DNA from: Octopus vulgaris
Lineage: Eukaryota
Length of the DNA: 64,000 bases
Reading direction: 5' to 3'
NCBI GenBank assembly: GCA_951406725.2
Contig: OX597828.1
Location: 45,074,001-45,138,000 of the forward strand
Each line of letters begins with the position of its first letter. Positions within the stretch are counted from its first letter, which is position 1. The translations under genes and the position numbers were made by a program. Below are positions 12,938 through 26,478 of the stretch, in pieces. The notes under the pieces are model-generated. The model was not told where the DNA came from. It was given only the letters and a program-made list of their open reading frames with translations, and made no database searches.

Positions 12938-13109
12938 GATCGCTAGCCACTACACATTCTTCTTTATTTTCTTTCCTTGTTTCTTTCTGCAGAAGAGCAT
13001 AGGCTCGAAACGTAAAAGACTTTCTCACTTCCTGAGCATTAAACTAATACATCTGTTTGTTGTTTACACCACCTGTCTTCGTCTTTTGTTTCTTTTTGTG
13101 AATTCTCCC

Positions 13110-13110
<1 letters not shown>
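12938..13110 (+). mobile_element. H2 short repeat carrying a variant hammerhead-like motif (putative non-autonomous PLE terminal repeat)
   Basis: 12982-13019 reads tcttt-CTGCAGA-a-gagc(atag)gctc-GAAA-cg-TA-aaaga. Related copies lie at 19775-19927, 56641-56820 and 27540-27608 (partial, -). Confidence 0.6.
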
Positions 13111-13144
<34 letters not shown>

Positions 13145-13362
13145 ATTAACATTGGCTGCAGAGTGAGCAATATGTTTTATTGCATAATTGTACAGATGTT
13201 TCATCCTTAATAATATTTGTATAAACTCTTTAGATATTCATGAATTTCCAGTAGTGTATACCCTAATGCGTGCACCTTTTGCAATAAAATCAGGTCTCTT
13301 AGCTGATACTCAAAGACATGTTTTTTAAAGCAAACAACATAGTTAATAGCTAAACTGAATTG

Positions 13363-13426
<64 letters not shown>

Positions 13427-13438
13427 CTCTTTCTCTCA

Positions 13439-13470
<32 letters not shown>

Positions 13471-13761
13471 GTATATATACATACATAACATACATACATG
13501 TATATATATATATATATACATGTAAATATATTATTCGTTTACAAGAATGTTCTTCACAGTGATGCTAAGCCGTTAGACTGTGTGTGTATGTGTGTGTGTG
13601 TATGTGTATGATCCTATATATACGTACATATATATATATACATCTGTTAGGTGAGATATTGTCTTCTTTTGTAATCAATAAATAATAATTGATGTTCATC
13701 AATTATCAATTTTTTTCTCTGTTTTCTTATGTTTGCTTCTTATACACACACAAACACAGAC

Positions 13762-13807
<46 letters not shown>

Positions 13808-14299
13808 GTATTTATACACACACACATATATATATATATGCACACACACATATCTGCACATATATACACACACAGGCCCACACATGCATATGTGTTCATG
13901 GATCTGTGTGGACAATTACTGTGGATGATACTGGAAAGTATAACTAACAACGGATAACAAAATATTGTTTCCCGTTATCTAGAGATTTATCTCTATTTAC
14001 AATTGACCACCCCGATTTTACTAATCTGGTGAGACCAAGGCAATTAAATGCCTGTACAAACAACAGCAGAAGTGGTGGCAGTAGTACTGTACTATACATA
14101 TCAGAATATTCATATATTCTGATGTGGTCAAAAATATCTGAGTGAAAGAAAGCAGTACTCCTGTCTGATGTGGACCTTGCAAATAAAACACAACAGGTAT
14201 GAGATTAAAGTACATATAAGGTTACTGTACACGCTGAGTACAGTGCAGGCTTCATCTTTTACTGTTTACAATACATTGTACTTCTATTAATCATTGACT

Positions 14300-14740
14300 T
14301 CTAATATTTTAATTCGGCTAGCATGGGAGACAACTCCAGACATGTTTCTCTCTTATCAGGACCTCATGAATAAAAGTATAGACTTTATTGTACTGTTCTA
14401 GTAGCAGCTGAAGTGACAAACACAGCAAACTGCATGTCAGTAAGCTAGTAGGTGTAGTACATTGCAGATAGAATCTTATTTTATCTCAGTAAGCATGGAA
14501 GATAACTCCAGACATGTTTCTCACTTATTATAACCTCATCAAAGCAGCATAGATTTCACCATAAAATTGTAGCAGTGATTGAAGAGGAAATGAGATGGGA
14601 CTGCACATCCATAAATGTAGTGTTCTAGAGGTAGTCATATTTTAATTAATTTCGTAAACATGGGAGATTATTGAGAACATGTTTCTTTATTATTAAGACC
14701 TCATCAACAATGTGTAGACTTCATTGTGCAATCACAGCAA
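14300..14740. repeat. Degenerate tandem repeat, unit about 165-172 bp, about 2.6 copies
   Basis: catgg(g/a)aga...acatgtttct...acctcat recurs at 14322, 14494 and 14659. Confidence 0.75.
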
Positions 14741-14816
14741 TGAGAAAAGAGACAAAAGGAGAAAACTGTCCTTCAGTGAATAAATATATGATATAATTGC
14801 ATACACATATATGGTC

Positions 14817-14879
<63 letters not shown>

Positions 14880-15631
14880 CGTGTGCATATGTGTGTGTGT
14901 GTGTGTGTGTGAGCATAAATATGCACATATATATGTATGTGTAGCATGGCCGCAGCCTTCAGGCTGAAACATTTTTAAGGATTTAAGGATATATATATAT
15001 ATATATATATATATACATGCATATCTTTACATATGTGGGACCTCGTTTGGCCCTACCTGAGATTCGAAACTGAATCTGTAAATTCTCCCTAGTCATATGG
15101 TCTATTGTTCTGTGAAGGAGGAATGTAGGTCTATGTTTTTCCCACTTGACTCTTAACCTCTTCTATGCCATAAAAAGTTGAAATAGATAATAAGTGACCT
15201 ATATTAATTTAGCCATTGCTAGAATGGCATATCCATTTTACTAATTTTACTAGTTAGTCTGCACAATTATAAATGCTAGAATTCTGTAAGGAAAAATCAG
15301 CGAGTGAAGGTGACTAACAGGGATTTGGCCTGACCAGCTCGAACATAATGACATCTCAACTGAAGTGATGTCATAGAAGGACAGCTATGGAATCCACCAG
15401 CGAAACAGTTTTCTTGTCCATCTCTCTCCTACCTTTCTCACTCACTTTCATTTCATCAACATCACTTAATGAATTTAGTTACTGCTACTACGACCACAGG
15501 GAATATGGGAGTATGTAAGTTCAACTCTATCTACCCTTTACAAGAAAGTATTACTCTTGTTACTTTGTACACTCTCTGACTGTTTTTATACATGGCTGAT
15601 CATCGTGGTTTGGCTTAAATTATATATATAT

Positions 15632-16118
15632 ATCATCATCATCATCATCGTTTAGCGTCCGCTTTCCATGCTGGTATGGGTTGGATGGTGCAACTGGGGT
15701 CTGGGAAGCCAAAAGGCTGCACCAGGCCCAGTCTGATCTAGCAATGTTTCTACGGCTGGATGCCCTTCCTAACGCCAACCACTTCATGAGTGTAGTGGGT
15801 GCTTTTTACGTGCCACCTGCACAGGTGCCAGATGAGGCTGGCAAACGGCCACGGTCGGATGGTGCTTTTTACATGCCACCGGCACGGGGGCCAGGCGAGG
15901 CTGGTAATGACCATGATCGGATGGTGCTTTTTACGTGCCACCGGCATGGAAGCCAGTCAGGGTGGCACTGGCAACGGCCACGTTCGGATAGTTCTCTTAT
16001 GTCCCACCAGCACTGGTATCACAGCGACAATTTCCATTCATGTTGATCGATTTTGATTTTTGATTTTTTGAATTTTTGATTTTTTGATTTTCACTTGCCT
16101 CAACAGGTCTTCACAAGT
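15632..16118 (-). mobile_element. Family-C retroposon with (GAT)n tail and internal ggtggcacgtaaaaagcacc repeats
   Basis: Shares ggttggcgttaggaagggcatccagc and the terminal ccatgctagcatgg...gttaaacgatgatgat with copies at about 19480, 34451, 38645, 44095, 49533, 53195, 54385, 58420 and 60320. Confidence 0.85.
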
Positions 16119-16387
16119 AACATATATGTAATGGTGAAATAAATATGTTATCTACAACTTAGGCTACTGTCTTTCTTTCCTGGAATCAGTCTCAACATCA
16201 TCATTTTCGATTCAACATAACCACTGCCATTACATGTACATACATACACATATATACACACATATATAGAGAGGTACATACATATATATTCATATATATG
16301 CATATACATACATGCATGTATATATATATATATATACATATGTGTGTGTATGTGTGTTTATATAGGGTCACACAACCACACGCATGC

Positions 16388-16419
<32 letters not shown>

Positions 16420-16672
16420 ACATATATATGACCTTTGACCATTTTTTTCAGATTCAGCCTGTGAAATTGCTTTTTCCTCATGATGCCATAATAAAAGATT
16501 TGTTTTCTTTGAAGAAATTAATTAAGCTGCATCACATCATGCAATAAAATATTTGGACAATATTTGCAGAGAGAACAGAATCTGTGAAATGGTGAATAGA
16601 AAATATTTCAGAAGCATATAAACACCATATTACAAATAGCATATTTATATTCATATCTGTGTGTGTGTTATG

Positions 16673-16737
<65 letters not shown>

Positions 16738-16776
16738 TATGATATATTTATACATACATATATATATATTTATATG

Positions 16777-16925
<149 letters not shown>

Positions 16926-17019
16926 TAGATAGATAGATAGATAAATAGATTGATGGAGACACATATATACATACACACAGATATATCTGTATACTTATAT
17001 TTATCTGTATATATGCATG

Positions 17020-17265
17020 CATACATACATACATACATACATACAAACATTCAAACATACATACATACATACATTCATACATACATACATACATACATTC
17101 ATACATACATACATTCATTCATACATACATACATACATACATACATACATACATACATTCATACATACATACATACATACATACATACATACATACATAC
17201 ATACATACATACATACATACATACATACATACATACATACATACATACATACATACATACATACA
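17020..17265. repeat. (CATA)n microsatellite
   Basis: Directly visible. Confidence 0.95.
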
Positions 17266-17954
17266 AACACATTGTAGAAGTTATATATAGTCAATACAAG
17301 GTGTTGATGTGGCTGCGTGTATATTATTACAAGAGTTCATGTAGAGATGAAGAATAAATTCAAGACATATATTTACTACATAAAATATATATTTTATTTA
17401 CTGATCGATGATGATACATAATCAAAATGTAGAATCTAGTTGAATGAAATAATCTATGCAAGAAAGTTCAGAGATAGAAAATATAGAAATAACAGCTAAG
17501 TGGTGGCTATCAGTCATGTGGCGTAGAGAAATAGTCAGACATAGCAATGACGTGAATGGCTCTATGTCTAATCAACTAAGAAGTGAAGAGCAGAGTTAGC
17601 AAGCTGTTTTTATTAATGGAATGCTAGACATTCTAGAATCTTCCAAGAGAAATGCTAAGCTTCTTGAATAATTAAGATTCATGTCTCATGACACAGATGC
17701 CACCAGAAACTTAGTAAAGGGAGGTTAGTCTATAATCCTTCTTGCAAGGGAGATCATTCAACTATTTAGCTATATAGACCACTACAATACACACACACGG
17801 TGTGGTGAATAAACTGTCAGCTACACTGTACAGCTGAGTGAACTGGAGTAATGTGAAATACAGTGTCTTGCTCAATAACACAACATGCAACCTGATCTGG
17901 GAATCAAACTCACAACCTCATGATTGTGAACCTGACAATCATTTTGCCTTCACC

Positions 17955-17999
<45 letters not shown>

Positions 18000-18000
<1 letters not shown>

Positions 18001-18408
18001 AGTGCAGCAGTGGCTGTGTGGTAAGTAGCTTGCTTACCAACCACATGGTTCTGGGTTCAGTCCCACAGTGTGGCACCTTGGGTAAGTGTCTTCTACTATA
18101 GCCTCAGGCCGATCAAAGCCTGTGAGTGGATTTGGTAGAAGGAAATTGAAAGAAGCCCTATATATATTTGTATATATATATATGTATGTATGTATGTATG
18201 TGTGTGTATATGTTTGTGCGCTTGTGTTGGTCCCCCCCACCTCCAGCATCACTTGACAACCGATGCTGGTGTGTTTATGTCCCTGCAAAAGAGACTGATA
18301 GCATAAGTACTATTCTTACAAAGAATAAGTCCTAGGGTCGATTTTCTCGACTAAAGGCAGTGCTCCAGCATGGCCACAGTCAAATGACTGAAACAAGTAA
18401 AAGAGTAA
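18000..18408 (+). mobile_element. Family-A SINE
   Basis: Match to family A. Confidence 0.85.
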
Positions 18409-18409
18409 T

Positions 18410-18445
<36 letters not shown>

Positions 18446-18930
18446 GTAGATAGGCAGGCAGATAGATAGATAGGCAGGTAGATAGACAGGTAGATAGATG
18501 TGTGTGTGTGTGTGTGTACATATACATACACATTTACATAAACTCTAGAATACATATGTAGACGCCGATATTGCAATAAAATATTCTTCTAGCAATTGAA
18601 ATGAATTAAACAACCAACTTTGACATCCAACATCCACTTGCAATAAATAATGAATTTTTCTTTCTGTGAAAAATGTTTTTCAATAAATTCTTCTTAGTTT
18701 TTGATGCTTTTTTTTTTGTTTCCTTTAAAAATTAAATTAGATTTTAGATTTGATTTAAGTGTATTATCTTTTATGTTTCATCAACATGGAACAGACATAA
18801 TTCAAATTTTGATAGAAAATTTATCGTACACTAGAAAAACAAATATTAAAATAGCACATCTAAAATGTCTTCTGAATATTTCAAAATACAGATTATATAT
18901 GCAATATGTAAAGATGAGTGTAAAAAACCC

Positions 18931-19327
18931 TAGGCGCAGGAGTGGCTGTGTGTTAAGTAGCTTGCTAACCAACCACATGGTTCCGGGTTCAGTCCCACTG
19001 CGTGGCATCTTGTGCAAGTGTCTTCTGCTATAGCCCCGGGCCGACCAATGCCTTGTGAGTAGATTTGGTAGACGGAAACTGAAAGAAGCCTGTCATATAT
19101 ATGTATATATATATGTATGTGTGTGTGTTTGTGTGTCTGTGTTTGCTTGACAACCGATGCTGGTGTGTTTACGTCCCTGTCACTTAGCGGTTCGACAAAA
19201 AGACACCGATAGAATAAGTACTGGGCTTACAAAAAGAATAAGTCCCAAGGTCGAATTGCTCGACTAAAGGCAGTGCTCCAGCATGGCCACAGTCAAATGA
19301 CTGAAACAAGTAAAAGAGTAAAAGAGT
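18931..19327 (+). mobile_element. Family-A SINE, full length
   Basis: Match to family A. Confidence 0.9.
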
Positions 19328-19926
19328 ATGACAATGCGGTAAGAAGTTTGCTTCCGAACCACAAGGTTTTGAGTTCAGTCTCAATGTGTGGCATCTTGGG
19401 TCGGAGACATCTACTTTAGCCTCAGGCCAATTAAAGCCTTGTGAGTGGATTCAACAGACAGAAACTGAAAGAAGCCATGGGCCATATCAGGCTTCACAGT
19501 GCCTGTTCTGGCTCGGTCTTTACAGCTAGATGCCCTTCATAATGCCAACTACTCCACAGAATGTACTGGGTGCTTTTTCTGTGGCACCAGCACCAGTGCT
19601 TTTAACATGGCACCGTTGTTTTTAATGTGGCACCAGCACCAGTATCAATTCTACTGTGGCAAATAATCTGTGTATAAAAGCATTTGAATATGTTTGTGTA
19701 TATACTAAAGAGAGACAGAGAGAAATAAAGGGTATGGGAAAACTTAACACCAAAGTCAACTTCATTCTTTAATCATAACACCTTTTTTCTCTCCCTAGTT
19801 CCCTTTAAAATCTTTCTATAGAATATCATAGGCTCGAAACATCAAAGACTTTTCTATTCTTCCAAAGTACACCTGCTTGTTGTTCTCTCACCTGTCTTTG
19901 TCATTTGTTTACTGTAAATTCAGACT

Positions 19927-20505
19927 ATACATACATACATACATACATACATACATACATACATACATACATACATACATGCATGCATGCATGCATACAT
20001 ACATACATACATACATACATACATACATACATACATACATACATACATGCATGCATGCATACATACATACATACATACATACATACATACATACATACAT
20101 ACATACATACATACATACATACATACATACATACATGCATGCATGCATACATACATACATACATACATACATACATACATACATACATACATACATACAT
20201 ACATACATACATACATGCATGCATACATACATACATACATACATACATACATGCATGCATGCATACATACATACATACATACATACATACATACATACAT
20301 ACATACATACATACATACATACATACATACATACATACATGCATGCATACATACATACATACATACATACATACATACATACATACATACATACATACAT
20401 ACATACATACATACATACATACATACATACATACATACATACATACATGCATACATACATACATACATACATACATACATACATACATACATGCATACAT
20501 ACATG
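19927..20505. repeat. Long (CATA)n microsatellite with CATG variants
   Basis: Directly visible; it is the source of several spurious ORFs. Confidence 0.95.
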
Positions 20506-20734
20506 CTTATTTCATTTTAATCTTTTATTTGTTTCAGTCATTTCACTGTGGCCATGCTGGAGGACCACTTTTAGTTGAGAAAATCAACCTAAGGACTTAT
20601 TCTTTGTAAGCCTAGTACTTATTTTATCAGTCCTTTTTGCCAAACCCCTAAGCCATGGAAATGTAGACACACCAGCATCGGTTGTCATGTGATGTTGAGA
20701 GTACAAACACAGACACACAAACATATACACACAC

Positions 20735-20790
<56 letters not shown>

Positions 20791-20795
<5 letters not shown>

Positions 20796-21391
20796 AAATT
20801 TAAAGGACTGACCACTAAAAGTGGACAGTCAACATGCTAGATATAGACGTCAAATCACTATTTTCCACAAAGAGTATGTTCTCAAATAAAAACTCAGCAC
20901 AAAACTAAAGCATTAAACAAGACAAATGAAAATATACGAAATAAAAAGCGCCAATAAAGCGCGCCAAAGTGAAGGCATTTGAAAAATACATTCAAATATA
21001 ATCGGTTGAACTCCATGCATGCGAGACTCTGGTCAATCGTTTTTGCATCTAGTCCAGCAAATTGTATTTTATAACAGACCATGCTGACGAGATTACAGTT
21101 TATCCTTGCAGATAATAATAATCGAAACTGATTCAGTACATGGGTAATTATTTTTATTTCGTATATTTTCATTTGTCTTGTTTAATGCTTTGGTTTTGTG
21201 CTGAGGTTTTATTTGAGAACATACTCTTTGTGGAAAATAGCGATTTGACGTCTATATCTAGCATGTTGACTGTCCACTTTTCATGTTCAGTCCTTTAAAT
21301 TTTGTATGTAAAAATATTTTAATCTTCGGATTCTTTTTAATATGCTGGGCCACTGGTTTTAATTGACTAATATCAATTTCTACCCTTGTTA

Positions 21392-21400
<9 letters not shown>
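20791..21400 (+). mobile_element. Fold-back (inverted terminal repeat) element, Penelope-like
   Basis: Arms 20791-20947 and 21151-21307 are reverse complements with few mismatches. The spacer holds a hammerhead, the right arm extends to about 21400, and (TA)n flanks both sides. Confidence 0.8.
21079..21143 (+). ncRNA. Type I hammerhead ribozyme motif
   Basis: ccatg-CTGACGA-gatta(loop)taatc-GAAA-ctg(att)cag-TA-catgg: complete core and three stems. Predicted cleavage is after 21138 (GUA). Confidence 0.85.
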
Positions 21401-21444
<44 letters not shown>

Positions 21445-21697
21445 CATTTCCGTCTACCAAATCTACTCACAAGGATTTAGTCAGCATGAGACTATAGTAA
21501 TAGACACTTGCCCAAGGTGCCACACAGTAGGACTGAACCCAGAACCATGTGGTTGGTAAGCAAGCTAATTACCACACAGCCACTCCTGTGCCTATTATAT
21601 AATAATATATAATATATATAATAAGATTTTACAAGCTTCAAGCTATTATGTGATCAACATACATTGACTAAGGTAAATAGTCCAAAATTAGGGCAAT

Positions 21698-21837
21698 GCT
21701 TACCAACCACATGGTTCCAGGTTCAATCCCACTGTGTAGCACCTTGGGCAAGTGTCTTCCACTATAGCCTCAGGCTGACCAAAGCCTTGTGAGTGGATTT
21801 GGCAGATGGAAACTGAAAGAAGCCCATCGTATATATG

Positions 21838-21894
<57 letters not shown>

Positions 21895-22135
21895 GTGTGT
21901 GTTTGTGTGTCTGTGTTTGTCCCCCCAACATCGCTTGACAGCCGATGCTGGTGTATTTGCATCCCTGTAACTTAGCAGTTCGTCAAAAGAGACCGATAGA
22001 ATAAGTTCTAAGCTGGTATGCATGGGCAACTGCTCGTCTTCCATAAACAACCTTGCCTGGACTTGTGCTTCAGAGGGGAACTTTCTAGGTGCAATCCCAT
22101 GGTCATTCATGACCAAAGGAGGTTTTTACCCTTAC
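21698..22135 (+). mobile_element. Family-A SINE (5'- and 3'-truncated) joined to a family-D 3' segment
   Basis: A body at 21698-22010; gctggtatgcatgg at 22013 matches the end of the 5471-5832 copy. Confidence 0.7.
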
Positions 22136-22940
22136 ACAAGATTAATAAAGTCTGAAGAATTTTACTAAATTCTTCACTATTTCCAAAATTGATTAACAAA
22201 AAAAAAAAACCCCAAAAAAAAGCTGCTGTTTATTTCTAAGAAATTTCATAATAAAAGGGTTTATTGGAAGTCAGCAATGATAAAGTGTTTTGGGGAGAAA
22301 GAGGGAGAGAGAGAGAGAGAGAGGGAAACATTTAGCAGGTTGTGTGTTTCAACAGGGGTTATAAATAACAACACCACATACACATGCACACACACTCACC
22401 TGGAAGCAACCAAGAAAAGAAAATAACAAGTACAACAACAGCAAGAGCCCCTACTACTACTACTACCACCCCACCCACACCCACACCACCACTACTACTA
22501 CTACTACTGATACAAGAAGTAAAGCACATACAACATCATACATCATAGTCTACATTACAAATAGGTTTAATATTTGTTTTTTTTTTACTGTTTCTTTTTT
22601 TTTTTAAAGAAAATTTCAATTAAAGAAGAAATATAATTGTTATTCACCTGGGATTTGTTCTGTGAATCATGTGAAGAAGAAGAATTCGGCAGGAAAAGAG
22701 AGAGAAAAAAAAGAAGAGAAATGGAGATAAGAACGAATTCAAGTAAAGAGAAAAAAAAATAATAAACATGAAAATACAAAGGGGACAGATAGGGAAAGGG
22801 GGAGAGAGGGAGAGAGAGAGAGAGAGATTGAGAGAAAGAGATGAAGAGAGAGATGGCTAGAAATAGATAGAGAGTCATAGAGGAAACTATATTAGGGACA
22901 ATGATATATATGTATGTATATTTGTATATGTATGTATATT

Positions 22941-23005
<65 letters not shown>

Positions 23006-23023
23006 TGTGTATATATATATATC

Positions 23024-23057
<34 letters not shown>

Positions 23058-23844
23058 ATATATATGTATATATATATACACATATATATACACACATATA
23101 TATATGTATGCATGTATATAAAATATAATATATAATATATAATATATATGTGTATATAAATATATAAAGACAGAGACAGAGAGAGAGAGAAACAGGTGGG
23201 AAGAGTGATGCAAAGAATTTGATTGAATTAGCCACTCTTGCAAAAGATATTTCAAAGTTAAGAAAAAAAAAAAAAAACAATTAACAAAAACACTGTAAAG
23301 ATTTTTGTAAGATTCTTAACCTCATCTTTCGGCATTTGGATAATGTTTTAAAATTAAAGACAACAACGGCAAGAACAATAGCAAGCATAAGAAGAGAAAG
23401 GAAAAAATGGTAATTTAATACAAGAGATATCGATTACAGTTGATAAGCGCCAGATCTAATTTCTTTGAGAAAGAAAACTGAAGTCAATTAGAAATTACAT
23501 TCCCTCCCTTTTTTTTTTTTTGTGTTATATTAATGGTACTTTACAACATGGAGTCTGTAGTAGAATGAAATGAAGTACAGTGCAGGAATGGTAGAGTTAA
23601 TTTTGGATAGAATTTATTATTAATTTTGAGAATGGGGAATTAGAAGAAGATTTAGCAAAACAACGAATGAGATTCAGTACAGTTTTTTAGTTAGAAAACT
23701 TTCTGCTTTGGTACATAAATTGTACTGATGTCAGCTTTGTGGTTTTTAAATTTGTATTTCTGAGGAAAATAAAAATAAAGGAAGCGAGGACATTCCTCAT
23801 TGACTATGTGAGGCCTGGTGCCATTGGTAATAAAATGGTCTATC

Positions 23845-23901
<57 letters not shown>

Positions 23902-24078
23902 GTCTATCTATCTACACACACACACACACAGATAGACACATACACATACATATCTATGCACATATATATGACTTAAAAAGCACAACCTTTACAACATAGA
24001 AAACACGTTAAATGATGATGATGATGATGATGACGATGATATATGTATGTATGTGGGTATATATATATATATATATGT

Positions 24079-24280
24079 AAAGTTATCCAAACACGAAAAC
24101 ACAAAGAGAAAACACAACAACGCGAGGATGTGGAACAAATATAGTATTATTGGATGCTCGGGAAAGAAGGAGGGTTTAACGTTTCGAGTGGAGCTCTTTG
24201 TCGGAAACATAGGAAAAGGAAAGATCCAGAGGAGAGAAGACAGAGGAAAAAAATCACCAACGGTACACACGCGGTCATTT
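24079..24280 (-). mobile_element. H3 short repeat carrying a variant hammerhead-like motif
   Basis: Minus strand 24174-24208 reads gttt-CCGACAA-a-gagc(tcc)actc-GAAA-cg-TT-aaac. A sister copy lies at 32154-32358. Confidence 0.6.
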
Positions 24281-24784
24281 ACACACATGTGTCTAAACAA
24301 ATATAGGCATCAACTACCATACAACATAAATCATTGATTTATTCGGATTATCTCCAACTCTAGCTGATGTATCACAGTTACCAAATAACATTTAAGACCA
24401 GGGGAATAGAAAATCTCAAGAGTCAAGAATTCTCCAGAGTTCACATGCCGTTAATTTAAAAGAACAGGTATACTGTTTGACAATACGAGGACAGTTGTGG
24501 ACGTGTATTTCTAGCTCCATCATTGTCAATGGTATGGCAATTGTCCAAGCTTGTCACCAGTGGCAAAGGAACTTAAAACTTATACAGAAAGGAGAAGACT
24601 TTTATGTCAAAAAATAATTTGCAAGTTTTAAATACACATAAGCTAAAGCATATAATTCAATCTAGTTTTCAGCATGAGTTTGAACGAGCTAAATGATATA
24701 TGTGATGCTATATGTATCCCATATTTAAAAGGCACTCTAGCATGGCTGCAGACAAAGGATTGACACAAATAAAATATATATATA

Positions 24785-25861
24785 CAAGGAGTTACCCAAA
24801 AGAAACCGAAATTTTGCAATATTATTTTATTCCCTTAATTTTATTGCCTTCAAAGAATTCTCCATTTGAAGCAATACATCAGTCCAGATGCATTTTCCAC
24901 AGTTGGAATTATTGTCTTTTAAAGCTTCCATCATTTAAATTCCGTAGCACCAGCTTTCATCACCAGTTATGACCTTCGGAAAAAATGATGCAAATCAACT
25001 TCAAATTGTTCTTTCAGCTCACAACACACATTCAATTGTGACTGTTTTGATCTACCATGAGTTAGTGAGACACAAATTTTGTTGCAACTCATTTCATTTG
25101 CAATTCCTTGCTGAAAATTCGTTGGCAGGAGGCTCCAGGATACAGCAGTCATATCTGTTTCTTTATTGCCCACAAGGGGCCAAACATAGAGGGGACAAAC
25201 AAGGACAGACAAACGGATTAAGATGATTATATCGACCTCAGTGCGTAACTGGTACTTAATTTATCGACCCCGAAAGGATGAAAGGCAAAGTCGACCTCGG
25301 CGGAATTTGAACTCAGAACACAACGACAGACGCAATACCGCTAAGCATTTCGCCTGGTGTGCTAACGTTTCTGCCAGCAGTCATATCAACCAGTTTGTCA
25401 ATTTTTCGGTGAAAATCCTCCAAGAACAGTTTATGAATTTTCAAGATGTTTTCATTTATTTGGTGGGGTCGACGGATGCCCTGAACGAAATTGGCCTTCA
25501 AGTGACAAGTGACCATTCCTAAAGCATGAAAAGCACTCGAAAATTGGTGTTTTACTCATGGCAGCAGCCTTGTAAGCTATTAGAAGCATGACAACTGTTT
25601 CGGCCACCGTTTTCTCCAGTCGAAAACAGAATTTCATGGAAACACACTGTTCCTTCATTCTAGCCATCGCAAAAATTGACAAACAGCGGAGAAGCACTGC
25701 AAAGCAAAGACGCATTACGTGGCAGTATGATGTCCATGGACAATACCAGTCGCCAGACTGATGCCTGAGGGTCACATCAAGTGGCTTCTAGCAGCAGAAG
25801 CCAAAACTACAACGGGCTTCTCTTACAGAGAACATTTCCGGTTACTTTTGGATACTCCTCA
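24785..25861 (-). mobile_element. Mariner transposon relic, internally deleted, with a nested SINE
   Basis: TA-flanked TIRs caaggagttacccaaaagaaaccgaaa / tttccggttacttttggatactcctca. It encodes MKEQCVSMKFCFRLEKTVAETVVML...RSGHPST (HTH), VITGDESWCYG and the C-terminal CIASNGEFFEG. Confidence 0.9.
25156..25374 (-). mobile_element. Family-B2 SINE inserted in the mariner, 13-bp TSD
   Basis: cagcagtcatatc is duplicated at 25143-25155 and 25375-25387. Confidence 0.9.
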
Positions 25862-26441
25862 TATATTTTTTGTGTGTGTGTAAACATAGACACACACACA
25901 CACACACACATACACACATACAACACATGCACACACACATTTGTATGAATATATCTGTGTGTGTGTGTGTGTTTTATGTTTAATGTTCTTTTTATCGCAT
26001 TTTTGCCTCTGTGTATTTTCGACTTTTATTTAAAACTGCCACCAGAAATTAATTTGTGATTAACGGTTGACTAGTTTGGTTCCACCTAATTAGTCTGTCA
26101 TTGAATTGCTGAACTTACTTCCTTCACCATCACACCTGTCCTAGCATCCCAATTATCATTCTTCACTCTACCATTCTATGAAAGCAATTTAATTTCATTA
26201 TTACTATCTAACTTACATTGTTTAATGCTTTTTGTTTTACCTAGGTGGCATTTAGATTAATTAATAATTAAAAAAATATACAAATATTGGTAAACAAACA
26301 AGAACTTTGCTGCCATCTCCAATCATTTATTAATTGTTAGTATTGTAAACATTTTGCACACACACACACACACACTAAATATTATTATCTGTCACCAGAT
26401 GGAGTACTTCTTTGTTGATCTTACCATTATGAAATAGTACA

Positions 26442-26473
<32 letters not shown>

Positions 26474-26478
<5 letters not shown>

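Larger units (their letters stand above)
20520..21595 (-). mobile_element. Family-A SINE split at its internal microsatellite by a fold-back element
   Basis: The 3' half (20520-20740) and 5' half (21447-21595) are collinear on the minus strand. Confidence 0.8.

Noticed and set aside
15034-15615. Unique segment with a small hairpin, considered as solo LTR or exon
   Set aside because: No defined termini, TSD, ORF or splice pattern.
17340-17825. Possible solo LTR (tgtag...ctaca termini, tatata and aataaa near the 3' end)
   Set aside because: No target-site duplication, no second copy and no internal domains; unsupported.
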